Below are positions 33,620-46,003 of a stretch of DNA of 64,000 nt, in pieces (position 1 is the first letter of the stretch; each line of letters starts with the position of its first letter). Origin of the DNA: Paraspadella gotoi (lineage: Eukaryota > Animalia > Chaetognatha); assembly GCA_051294375.1 (NCBI GenBank), contig CM119266.1, forward strand, positions 21,829,875 through 21,893,874, read 5' to 3'. The position numbers and the translations under genes were made by a program. The notes under the pieces are model-generated. The model saw only the letters and a list, made by a program, of their open reading frames with translations. It had not been told where the DNA came from and ran no database searches.

Positions 33620-36275
33620 ATGTCTTTGAGTAGCGTGCTCCCGGCTCCCACGCAGAAGCCCTTTGACCGTGACGAGCATGAAAGGGCCAAGCAAGTTAAA
33701 GCCGCCGCGGCCGCGGGTATGTTTCAGATTTTCATCATAGATTAAGTAGAATTTTTAAATTTAAAATTTAATTTTCGTTTTTAATTTTAATAGGTTCGAG
33801 CACGGCTGTGTTGCTCGCTGGCCGTGCGCCTCCTTACGGAAGTCGTGACAACGGTAAATGGATTCCTCGAACGCCGGCCGATTTCGGCGACGGCGGCGCT
33901 TTTCCTGAAATTCATGTCGCCCAGTACCCGCTAGGAATGGGGCAGAAGGACGAAAAAAAAGAAAAATCTAACGCACTCGCATTACAGGCATATCCTTGTA
34001 CCGTTTTGTTGGGTGTTGGAGGTGACTTTAAATTTTTATGACGAGAAATTCGTTGATTTTTCGAAGGTCGACGCTGAAGGTAAGGTCAAATACGATGCCA
34101 TCGCTCGCCAAGGTCACGGGAAGGATCGGGTAGTTTTCTCGAAGTTCGAAGATTTGTTGCCCCGTGAAGTTCTGGATGAGGACAGCGAGGATCTGCAGAA
34201 ACCCGACGGAGAGGAGGTAAATAATATCTTTTTATCTAATTATAATTGATTACTTTCATGGTTATTTTCATCGTTATCCTTTCTAACTTCATTGAAGATT
34301 ATTTTTCAATTTTAAAATTTTCAGATTGAGGATAACACCGAGCGAACGAGATCTGCCCTAGAAAAGCTCGTCCAAAGCAAAATCTCTGCGGCGATGCCCG
34401 TCAGATGCGCTGAGAAGCAAGCCCCGGCTCAATATATTCGTTACACGCCTTCTCAACAGGTCTTTAACCAATTTTCATTTTCTTTCTCCTCGAATTATTT
34501 CGATTATTTTTTATTTTGACATCGACACAGGGTGCCGCCTTCAATAGTGGCGCCAAGCAGCGAATCATTCGCATGGTCGAAGCCCAGGTTGACCCCATGG
34601 AGCCGCCAAAATTCAAAACCAACAAGAAAATCCCTCGTGGTCCCCCTAGTCCTCCGGCGCCGGTCATGCATTCGCCCGGCAGGTTATAGTCTACTCACGA
34701 GGCTTGCAGCTAAATATCGCGTTAAATAATTCCTTTGATTCTTATTGTCGGTTTTTATTGGGGGGATGGTACAGGAAAGTTACTGCCAAAGAACAGCAAG
34801 AGTGGAAGATCCCTCCCTGCATATCCAACTGGAAAAACGCTAGGGGATATACCATTCCCTTAGATAAACGTTTGGCAGCTGATGGCCGTGGTCTTCAGCA
34901 GGTAAAATGCTGTTTTTATTCGTGTATTGGTTGGGTTGCCTGTGATGCCCATTGGGATGGGGCATCTCACTGTTGGCTTTGGGGGCTTCCAACCCTCAGT
35001 GACGACTCCTGTCACTGGCGCGGTTACCCTAGGACGGTCTCTCTTTGCCAACGCAGAGGGAAGTCGTTAGGACTTTGGATGGAACACAACTCCTGGAATG
35101 GTGTGTTCCCCCTCTGAGCCAATGGGATTGGCTGAACGATGACGGACGTGAGGCGGTGTGAATATACCGTCACACATTACTCTTTTTCTTACGTCGTCCA
35201 GGTTCATATCAATGAAAATTTTGCCAAATTGGCTGAGGCGTTATACATCGCTGATCGCAAAGCGCGTGAAGCGGTCGAGATGCGCGCTCAGATCGAAAAG
35301 AAGTTGGCGCAGAAGGAAAAGGAAAAGAAAGAACAAAATCTAAGGTTCGTCTCCAGAAATTGGTTCTTTGGTTTTTCACTCTTTTTTTTCATATTCTCTT
35401 TCTTTTTAAGGGAATTGGCTCAGAAGGCGAGAGAAGAGCGAGCGGGAATCCATCGGCCAACCGCAGCGGGTTCCGCCGCAGACAAAGAAGGTTCGTATTT
35501 ACTTTCTCTTCACCTTTAATTAAACGAATTTAATCATGATGCCTCTTCTCGCTAGGAGCCGAAGATCGTGACGCCTTACGCTACGAGCGACACAAGGACC
35601 GGGCTCGCGAACGCAACCTCGCCCGCGCCGCTCCGGAGAAGAGAAATAAACTGAGTCGCGATAAGGAGCGAGACATCAGCGAGAAAATCGCCCTCGGGCT
35701 TCCCTCCGCCGGCGGCACCGGCGGAGACACACAGTTCGATTCCAGGTTAGCCTGGATGAGGAATATTCGTGGATGAATCTATTTTTGGACCGTTTCACTA
35801 CGCTTGCCCCCCCCCTCTTTCGACCAGGTTGTTCAACCAGTCGAAAGGTCTCGACCAAGGGTTCGGCGCCGAAGACGATACTTACAATGTTTACGATAAA
35901 CCCTGGCGACCCGCTGGCAGCCTGGCCAGCAACTTGTACCGCCCATCTAAAGGACAGGTTACTATTTTGATCTTGATATTTTTTTAAAACGTATTCTTAT
36001 GCGCTCGTCTTTTTTTTTCTCAAAAGGACAAAGACACTTACGGCGACGATTTGGAGACCATCATGAAGACGAACCGCTTCGTGCCCGACAAAGAGTTCTC
36101 TGGCACGGACAGAAGCGGCCGTCGAGACGGCCCCGTCCAGTTCGAGCGCGACGAAGGAGTCGAGGACGATCCCTTCGGTCTCGACAAATTCTTGGCTGAG
36201 GCCAAAAGCCAAGGCGGCAAAAGGGCGGCCAGTTCGTCTGGAGCTTCCGCGTCGAAGTCACGAAAGAGAGAGTGA
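33620..36275 (+). CDS. SNW1: SNW domain-containing protein 1 (SKIP/Prp45), multi-exon
   Basis: MSLSSVLPAPTQ, DFGDGGAFPEIHVAQYPL, QYIRYTPSQQ, WKIPPCISNWKN and NENFAKLAEALYIAD. Confidence 0.96.
34933..35167 (+). ncRNA. Unassigned ~235-nt structured repeat, copy 1, filling most of a SNW1 intron (34902-35201)
   Basis: Aligns by hand with the reverse complement of 45554-45787 (about 25 differences). It has multiple hairpins with compensatory and G-U-compatible changes. Whether it is an RNA or a DNA repeat is not established. Confidence 0.55.
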
Positions 36276-36497
36276 ATTTGTAGAATGAAACGATAAAAAG
36301 TTGTTTTATTTTCCCTCCTGGGTTACGTTTGTAACCGGTTTGCGTCCTACTTTGTTGTAAAAAGTTTTCACCCTCGTTTTTTTTTCTCATCGTTGTTAAT
36401 AAACCTTTTCCATCTAGAATACACACATACATACATATACTTACATGTATTTATTTCAACTTTTGAAAAAATAAGTGGCTGATCTTCAAAACACGAA

Positions 36498-38008
36498 ATG
36501 CCTTCAATTAATTTACGCATTGGGGGCGACGCCTCTTTGACGCTTGATTTTGAAAATGCTCCGAGAATCGACGACGTCAAGATCGCAGTTCGTGATAAAA
36601 TTGGACTTGACTTCGATGATTATTTTCTCACCGATAGGGGGCGCATCTGTGAGCACGATCACGTCGTCGATCAAGGAGCGGCGTTGAAGGTGAAGAACTG
36701 AAGAAACAGTTAATAAATGATCCGAAGAAGGGGTCAGTATAGTATGGAAGGGTTGCTCGAAAGTAAAGCGGGCGAGAGGAAAAAAAATCTGAAAAATTTT
36801 GTTACATTATATTATAATACTGACTTTACTGAGGCAATATTAATCTACGTATACGTTCTGTTTCTTACATAGCTCCATTTGCGAGTGCTGGGTGGAAAAG
36901 GCGGATTCGGATCTATGCTAAGAGCTCTTGGCGCGCAGATCGAAAAGACGACGAATCATGAAGCGATGCGAGACCTCAGCGGGCGACGCGTCCGTGACGT
37001 CAACAACGAAAAGGCGAGAGTTCACAAATAAAAAAACAATTAACCGGGTTCGCTTTCATTCTGTTGCTAATCTCTTCGTAGGCTCTCACTTCTTGGTTAT
37101 CGAAATCTTCTGAGCGAGAGCGTCAACGCGAAGAGCGACGACGCGAGCGGATCGAGCGAAAAAAAGCGCAGCTCGAAGCTCCGCGCCACAAATTCGAGGA
37201 CAGCGACTACTCAAAGACCAAGACCAAAGTCGCCGAAAATCTCGATGACGCCGTCGAGGCTGGGCTTAAGAAAAGGGCCGATCCTGGACCCTCGGTGGTC
37301 GGAGCGAAGAGAAAGAACGACGCCGAGGAGCGTGGCATCGCGGCAAAGAAAATGTTCGGAATTGACGACGTCGATTCTAGCAGCGAAGATGAGGAAGAGG
37401 AGGCGTTCGAGGAGGCAGTGCCTCGGGAAGAAGAAGAAACCGTCTCGGCAATTCCTGGAAAGGAGATCTCTACGGATTCGAGCAAAACTGACGAATCATC
37501 GACTGCGGAGATCGGAGAAAAACTAAAAGACATCCTTAATGCGCATGAGGCTGAAGCCGTTACGGTTGACTCTCGGGACGACAATGCGAGCGTTTCGAAA
37601 TCCGAAAACCCCTCGCCATCAACGGAAGTTGAAAAAAATTCAATCGATTCGGACAAAGAAGGAGAAGAAAATGTGACGACGACCAGCAAAAGCGTCAAAG
37701 ACGCTCAACTTAAACCTCCGACACAAGACGGCGGCGAGGATTTGGCGAAAAACGATGCTCCTGCTCCTCCCGCTTCTCCTCCTCTTCCTCTCATTCTTCA
37801 GGATTACTCGTCAGTCGGAGAACTGGAAGCTCTCGGTCTCGACGTTTTGAAAGCGGCTTTAATGGAGATTGGTCTCAAGTGCGGAGGAACTCTCGAGGAG
37901 CGCTCTGCCAGACTTTGGAGTGTTCGTGGAAAGGCCGAAGAGCAGTGGGATAAGTCTCTTTTCGCTAAGGGCAAAGGCAAAGGGAAAGGGAAGGGAAAAG
38001 GAAAATGA
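36498..38008 (+). CDS. SDE2: SDE2 (ubiquitin-fold, replication-stress/splicing factor), 3 exons
   Basis: N-terminal ubiquitin-like fold and the cleavage signature LRVLGG|[12 protein letters not shown], then [13 protein letters not shown]. The C-terminal SAP-like region reads [33 protein letters not shown]. Confidence 0.92.
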
Positions 38009-38150
38009 ATATTATTTCCCACTTTGTTTTGTTCTTTGATAAAATTTAAAATATTGAATATACAATATAATTATATAAAATATACTACAATATACTGTTG
38101 ATGATTTTTTAAAAAAAGTTATGGTGACCTAATCTGAAATAAGAACGAAA

Positions 38151-41100
38151 ATGGAGGTCGACGAAGCGACCGAGGTCGTCGCCTTGAAAAAACTTGAGAA
38201 GGACATAGAGCGTTACCAGAGCGACGTCTCAATCAATAACGCCACCTCGTCGCAGGAGGGCGCTAAAAATGCCATTATCGACGGCACGGTAGACGCCATA
38301 GTGACTCCCCTAACCTCGGGTAAGTTATTCATTTGATGATAGTGTTGATCCTGTTAGTTGGCCATCATTTTTAAAATTATATCCCGCGACAGGAAAAGTC
38401 AAGCTGCTCGAGTTTATTCAAGCTTTGGGTCCGACGATGATGCAGAAGGATCCTCTGGTACGATCCAAATCCGTTCGACTCTTGTCTTTAACCCTTGGTC
38501 GTCTCGCCATCGACTCGTGTCTTCTCGACAGCGAAATCGAGCATCTGTTCGACTTTCTTCTCGCGCGTTTGGAGGATCACCATCTTGTCGCGCCGGCCGC
38601 GCTTTTGGGCCTCAGAGCTCTCAGCCACTCGACCCGGTGAGAATGGGCAGAATCCAGTTTCTCTTAAGTTAAATTATTAATCACTCCGGTATCTTACAGA
38701 CTTCCGGAAATGGCGCCTGAAAAACTGCTGCGTTCAATTTTTGATCAGCTCAACGTTCAAACTTTGGCCCAAGTTGATCGCTTCTCCGTGTACATCATCA
38801 TCCGCAATTTGATGGCCAATCACCTTCACCGCGTGAAGACATCATTGGGGCCGAACTTCGTTCACGGCTTCATCCAAACCATGGACGGAGAAAAGGACCC
38901 GCGCAACCTCGTCGTCTGCTTTGAGTTGTCGGCTAAGATTTCGCAGACTTTCTCTTTGGGAGCGTTCGTTGAAGACATGTTCGAGGTTGTTGCCTGTTAT
39001 TTTCCCATCGACTTTAATCCGCCGAAGAACGATCCATTCGGTATTACCAAAACTCTTCTTGTCGACGGCCTGTCGAGGGCTATGACGGCGTCCCCGGCTT
39101 TCGCTCCCTATTGCCTGCCGTTGATCATTGAAAAGCTGTCTTCTGATATGGCGAGGTTGGTAGTCGTTATTAGCCTACTGTCTTTGATTTTAACTTTCTT
39201 TCCTCTTCTCAGCTCGAAGTTGGAGTCGCTTCGAACGTTGAAGGCTTGTACCTCGGTTTTTGGCGCCAAAGGTCTGAGAGATCACTTGGAGTTATTGACC
39301 GGGGATTTGAGGAGGGAAATGTTCACCTCCATGTCGGACGCGACGCAAAAAGCGGTCGAGGACGCGGCTACGGCCATAACCATCGCCATATCGGGTAAAA
39401 ACTGAAGAAAGAAACGGTTTATTCTTTATTTCTCATCTTTGTAACAGAGTTTAGTTTTTTTACAGCGGAAGATGCGATCAGCGAATATCCTGAACTGTTG
39501 CCTCACTTTGCCGCACTCATCCTCAAGGAATGTGGCAACTATTTGAATGAACCACAACATCGCCTGATGTACGCTGCTTCTAGATTGTTGCTCGCCTTCT
39601 GCAAAGGTTAGTGAAAAGTTCTCGTTCCTTGTGTTTGTTCTCCCCTGAAATTTTGATATCGTTTCATTCAGGTTCTCTTTACGTCACGATACGTGTCATC
39701 CAAGCATCGTTTCCATTTCTCCACAAGCATTTCATGAAATCGCCTCAGTTGAATTCAAGATGTCCCATCGTCGAGGTTATCGGCAGTTTTTTGAGCGTGT
39801 TATGCGATCACGTTCGTCCGATCGAAAGCGAAGAAAGTGGTTCAAATAAAATACCAGGTAAATTCTTAATCATGATATTATCTTTATCTTGTAAGAGTTT
39901 GTCGCAATCTAAAAAATGATGAACGAATTCTTGCTCTTTGATCGAAGTTTACGCTTCGATTTGACGACAAAAAATTCGGCCATGTCTCTTTGTTTTAATA
40001 TCGAAACCATGTGGGTTTTGATTTAATACAAAGGGAAATCTGAAGAAAACAATTTTAAATCGTAACTTTTTGCCTATTGTACCGGAACGGCCTTGAGATG
40101 TTTTTATTTTCTATTTCCCCTTTCTGCCGGTTCACACTTAAGCAGCAAAGAGTCCGATCAAATGTGGAACTTCTGAAATCGCCATTGAGGAAGTTCCTCT
40201 AAAAACAGGAGCCCCAGTCGAAGCTTCCGCTAAAAGTCCGTCCCATCATCGATCGGTACCATTCTTTGGATTTGACGAAGAAGCTGGTGAACTGGCCGAC
40301 CTTCGCCATCCTGTGTTAGAGGCAAGATTCGTTCATTATGTTCCTCCCCTCCGCTCCCCATTTATTCTATGTATTGCTTTTATCAGGTGCTTGACGCCTG
40401 CTTGAGTAGCCCCGACGAACGCCTTTGCCAATTGGGCGTGGCCACGGCCGAGAGCGTACTCCGTTTGCCCAATGCTCTGCAGAACGACGAGCAGATTAAG
40501 GATGTGATCTTCCGGGTCGTCTGTTTAGCCATATTTCACGCGAGTCCGACGTCGCGGGCGACGGCCGTTATGGCAGTCGGTCGGTTGAGGTTCAGATCGC
40601 ACGGCGAATCGGACGAGGAGAATCTCTTCGACGAGATGGTGAGCCTTTTGAATTGGGTCTTTGGGGCTTCGATCGCTTTGATCTGAACTGAAGCAGAAGT
40701 GGCAGCGGTATTAATTTTTTCTTTGCTGCAGGTGCTGCCCATTCTCGTGAATCATCTCGCCGAAGCCATCACTAATCTTAGCAATCCGGAAGATGTCATA
40801 GCCGTCGATGAGGCTGGCGATCGCAGTAAGCTCACATAAAACAAAAATCCGGAGGTCATAGCGTGATGCGATTTCAGTCTATTTCTTTAATTGAACTTTT
40901 CTCAGATTCGGCCTGTCACGCGAACGTCGAAAACCTTGGTGTTTTGATTAGTTCCACTTGTGTCACAACCCAGGTTCGATAGAAATCCTAGTGAAAAGAC
41001 CTTTTATACGTATATGTACCCGTAGGACTGGCGTAGGTACTGTGTAACTAAAACTTATTTTTGGAATTAGTCATTTTCAACTGCGATGGACAAACTTTTA

Positions 41101-42843
41101 ACTGCCAGCGAGACTCAGGGCGTGGGAACCAGGATTGGCCGCGTTCTGCTGAGGTGCATCAACGTGCTGGCAGATAAAGGAATGGAGATAGATAACAACA
41201 ACAAGGACGTACTTAAAAATAAGGTTAATTTTTCTTTTGTCAAGTCGTCATATTTTAATTTCGGGTTGCTCGAACTTCAATTTCCACATTCTCAGGTGCT
41301 GCCACGCGTGAAATCCATTTTGATAGACGATTGGGACAGCGCCGGTTGGCTTCATGACGACGAGGTTGTGGCGCAAGGCGCGGCTCTCGCCAGAAAAGTT
41401 GTCGGATTGATGAACGACGCCGAGGCTAACGCTGAGTGGGAAGAAACGAAAGGTCTCCTATTTTTGTAATTTATAGTATATATTTATAATTCTATAATAT
41501 TTATTTTGATTGTAAAATATACTCGTTTGCGTCAAATACACTTTTTTTTAATTTTAGGTTCGCTGGTAAATGAGATTTTAAACGACTCTTCGTCTTCCTC
41601 AAAATCGCTCCTCTTCCCTCTATTACTCGCCGTCGGGGCCTCCGTACCTCGCGGGTGCGGAATTCACAAATGCCGCGAATTCATGAAGACGTTGCTCGAC
41701 CTCGCAGCGTCGCCTCAAACAAAGAATTCCTTGCTCCAACTCGACGCCTGCAAACTTTTCGGCGCTATCGTCAACAAGATCGAAAACGAAGCCGAATTGA
41801 CGGTCGTTTTGGACCAGGTGGCGGCGTTCTTGGACACAACCCCTGATCGAAACGCTAAATTATTATGGATCTGGGTTACTAAGGCCCTGGTCCTCCGAAG
41901 TCACCGGAACAGTAAAATGTTCACTCAACGCTTGGTGTCTTGGCTGACGGCCGAAGACGCCGAAGCGGCGGCGTTCGTGAGTTCCGAAGCGTTTTCCACG
42001 GTGTTGGCCGACGACGAAAAAGTCATGACGCCGCCCCAACACGCCATCTTGAGGAAGATGAACAAACAGCGTTTCTTTTTACAAACAATTCCGATATTGA
42101 TCGAACCAAATCGGGAAGAGGATTCATCGACTCGGTTTCGCATCAACGCCGTCGCCTCAATGCTGCCTCATTTGCCGCATCAAGTCTTGATCTCCGAATT
42201 GCCTACCATCTTTCCCATTTTGGTCAAGGTGACATTCTATTTTTTTGTGCAATTTTTTCTGTTTTAAGTGGTTTCCCGGTTTTTTAGGCTCTCTCTTGCG
42301 ACGACAGAACGCTGCAAGAATCAGTGGTTAAATCCCTGCTTTTGCTTCTCAAAGAATCCCCCTCGTCGCTTTCTCCCCACGCAGACGCGGTTATTCCAAA
42401 GTTAATTACTCTGGCGCAGGTTAAAAAATTATATTGTGCGAATACGATCAGCGTTTTTTTTTCTTCGAGTTAGTTTAACTCTAATGTCATTTTTGCTCAA
42501 TGTGCTCGTGACAATAACATGATAAAACGTGATAAATCTTTTAGTTTAATTGATATCTAACAGAGGGATATCTCTGTTGTTCACAAATTAATCAGCTACA
42601 GATACGATTAATTATTTTAAGACATCTGCTTCGATGGAGGTTCGCTGCTCCGCTCTGGAATGTCTTCGCGTCATGATCGGATCTCCATCCGCTTCTCCCG
42701 AGGAGTCCAACGGATTCGCTCCATCGCTTCTCATGCCCCACAAACCGACGGTCGTCAGGGAACTTGCCAAATGTCTCGACGACAAAAAGAGGCTTGTGAG
42801 ACGCCAAGCCGTTCTCACGAGAAACAAGTGGTACTTGATTTGA
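38151..42843 (+). CDS. MMS19: MMS19 cytosolic Fe-S assembly scaffold, many exons
   Basis: FVHGFIQTMDGEKDPRNL, EDMFEVVACYFPIDFNPP, WIWVTKALVLR, KQRFF and C-terminal LDDKKRLVRRQAV..RNKWYL. Confidence 0.92.
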
Positions 42844-43014
42844 AGCGCCAAAATTCCCTTCGCCTTTAAAGGTCACTCAATAAAATCAAACTCCTTGTGC
42901 CAACGTGATTTTATTTGCTTGGCGTATTTGTGTGCTTACCGTGTTCATCGTTATTCTTATTAATTTTTAACAGGGTTTATGGTAAAGTAAAAATGCGATA
43001 ATAATTGTGTCATA

Positions 43015-45948
43015 ATGGCTGCGACGAAAGTAACTAATTTGACCAACAAATCGACGGTCGACCGAGTCGCCATTCAAAAGAAGATTCGAGATGGCGTTCC
43101 CCACGGCTGTTTTCCAACCCTATTCCGTTTCATTAAGCCCGACAGCGATTATTCTAAACGTTACATCCAAGGAACCGTCTACAAAAAATATGCAGCCCAA
43201 AAGCCGCCGGGCGTAGACATCCTAATTCAAACGCTGACCTTGCAAGAATGGAGCGTCTTGCCCAACGACTCTCCGCGCCGAATCACCATCAACGTGATGG
43301 GCGACCACATCGAGGGTTTTTCTTCCAAAGTCAAGCCGGAAGATCTCGTCGTTGTCACCGACTTCTCTTGCGGAGTGTTGGATGAAAAATGGGAGCACGA
43401 AGACAACCCCATGCAGGAGATTCTTTTCACAAATCCTTCTTCGAAGTTTTTGCGGATTTCCAAAGAAGATTTGGCGGCATCTAGTCGTCGAGTCGACGTC
43501 GACAAGTACGGGTGGGGTAATCGTGGCGCCGTTTATGACAATCCTGCGGAAGAGCAGACTCAGGCCGTCGGCGGGTGGGTCATCGCGCACGGGGACGCCC
43601 AGAGTTTGGCCAGCCAAGGAGATGTAGAATTTCGACCGCCGCTCGCGCAGTCGACTCAAATCCCTTCGCAGGTCTCGCAGAGATTAGGAAAAAGAAAGAT
43701 GGAAGACTCGCATTCGCCGCTGCCGCCGCCGGTTTCGAATCATGGCTCCAGCGAAGAATCTTACGTCACGGCGCGCGAGAACTTTGAGGAATTCGACGAT
43801 GATCCTTTGACGGCCAAAGCTAGGAGAACCGAGCCTTTTCATCCTTCGCAAAGAAAGACAAGGAGAATTGGGGCCAGCAATATTCCTTCGGTAGAGATTC
43901 AAACATCGAATCGTCCAGGAGTTTCAGCCGAGGCGCTGCCTTCCGTCACAGAACAAACGTCAACTTTCAAACCCAAATCACAAATATCAAATCCTCCTTT
44001 GTTCGAAGACGAAGAACAACACTCTTCCCATTCCTCCGATGAAAAGAAAAAGAAAGGGGAAACGAGCTCTCCACCAACGCGTGATATCTTTCCAAACAAA
44101 GAATCTTTCAATAGAATTCCCACCACTTCACAAAACCCAACCGCCGTAAATTCGACTGCAACTCAAGCTAACACGCCAGAAGCGCCTTCTAATGGTGTTC
44201 AGAAACAACATGTCGCATCTCTTTCTTCTCGCTCTACACCAACGGCGACAGTAGCACCACGCCAAGGTCCTTGTGAATACAAGTACACTCCGCTCAACGC
44301 CCTACCAGTCAACGCCGTTGTGAACGTCTTTGGCGTCGTTGAGTTCTGTAACCCGGCCAAGGCCCCACATCCAGGGCGCGATTGGTCTCTCACCTTTGGC
44401 CTCTGCGACCTTACCTCCATCGACGTTGAGAAGGACAAACTGCGCTGCGTCGCTTTTGCCGCGTCGCGAGACGCCCTGCCGCGGATCGAGCAGCGCGGTG
44501 ACGTCGTTCGTCTTCACCGCGTCAGGATCCAAATGGATCGCAGCGGCCGTAAGCAGGGATGTTGCTCGGCCAAGAACGGCTTCGGGTCGTTGGTGTGGCT
44601 GAGTAACGGACAACTCGCCGATCTATCACTTCCTCCGCCGTTGCCGATCAGCTCCACTCCCAACTTCACTACAGTTACGACATCTGAGAAAGAGAGGCTG
44701 GAAGATTTGCGCCAATGGGCGCGAGATCACGCCTTCTTCGCCTCCACCGTTTCAGCGTCGGCGGCTGACCCTTTCCTTCCGCCGCCCCCGCTTACGGGAA
44801 ACGTGAGGACTCTTGAGGCAATGATCTCGCCCTCTTATTTCGACCTCTGCTGTCAAGTTGTCGACGTCTGCGTCATCAATCCCGGCCTCTGCGCGATGTT
44901 ACGCGTCTGGGACGGGACCCAGCCTCAGTTTCCCATGTGGGAAATGGATCTGGATTCCGAGCAGAATCGCGGTCCCATCGATAGGTTCCACCCAGTCTAC
45001 GAGACGGCTCGTCACTGGCTCGTCGACGTCGTCGTCTGGGAGAATCATCTCGAGATTCTCGATCGAGTCAGACCGGGAAGTTTCGTGCTTTTTCGGAACC
45101 TTCACTTTGTGCGTCATCGCGAGTACGACCCCGCCCACGCTCGCGAAGCCAGGCACGAGTTAAACCTACGATCGGGCACGAGATTTGGGCGGGGCGTCAC
45201 TGTTTTAGAAGAGGGCAATCCTCTTCTTGAACCTTTGAGGGTGCGCTTGGAAGATCGAATGAGGCCAGCTGGAGTGTCCTCGCAATCTGGAAGTTCGCTG
45301 CACGCGTTGACGTCGTTGGCGGATGGAGTTCAAAGAATTGGAAATTCTTTTTCCTCCATCGACGAGGAGGTTTTAGACAGAGCGGTGAGGGAAGTTGAAA
45401 CGCCATCGGTTCAAGGTCAAGGTCGAGATCAAGGTCAAGATCAAAGTCAACATAGAACGACGAAAGAGGCGGAAAAATCTGCTACGCAAACCGAGGAAAC
45501 TAACGTTAATGATGAAGCAAGGTAAAAGTAAAAGTTATTAAGGTCTTGTGGTTGTATATTCACATCGCCTCACTCCACCATCGTTCACCCAATACCATTG
45601 GCTCAGAGGGGGAACGCACCATCTTAGGCGTTGCGTTCCATCCACAGTCCTAACGACTTTCCTCTGTGTTGGCAAAGCGAGACCGTCCTAGGGTAACCAC
45701 GCCAGTGACTAGAGGCGTCACTGAGGGTCGGAAGCCCTCAAAGCCAACAGTGAGATGCACCATCCCAATGGGCATCACATCCAACCCGGCTGTTTTTACG
45801 TCGAGTTTAACAATTAAATGTGCTGATTTTAAAGATCTTAAACTCAGATCAGCAGGCCCTCTCACTTGGTTGACATTAGGGGCTTTTGACCTTTACTGAC
45901 CGTTTGGAAGTTCATAAGTTGGGATGGTGCGTTATCCCGTATTGAATA

Positions 45949-46003
<55 letters not shown>

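Noticed and set aside
34860-35051. Similar short ORFs at 34860-35051 (-) and 45666-45899 (+)
   Set aside because: They are translations of the repeated element with non-ATG starts, and their similarity stops at the element boundary.
35054-35075. GAGG(G/A)AAGTC in the structured element resembling the RNase P/MRP CR-I motif
   Set aside because: It lies in the 3' half, and no correctly placed CR-V strand completes helix P4 with the bulged U.
34933-35167. Element as telomerase RNA, SL RNA, hammerhead, HDV or twister ribozyme
   Set aside because: There is no CUAACCCU or CUAACCU template, no evident leader-GU donor plus Sm site, no CUGANGA/GAAA core, and I could not build an HDV or twister pseudoknot by hand. 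A covariance search is still needed.
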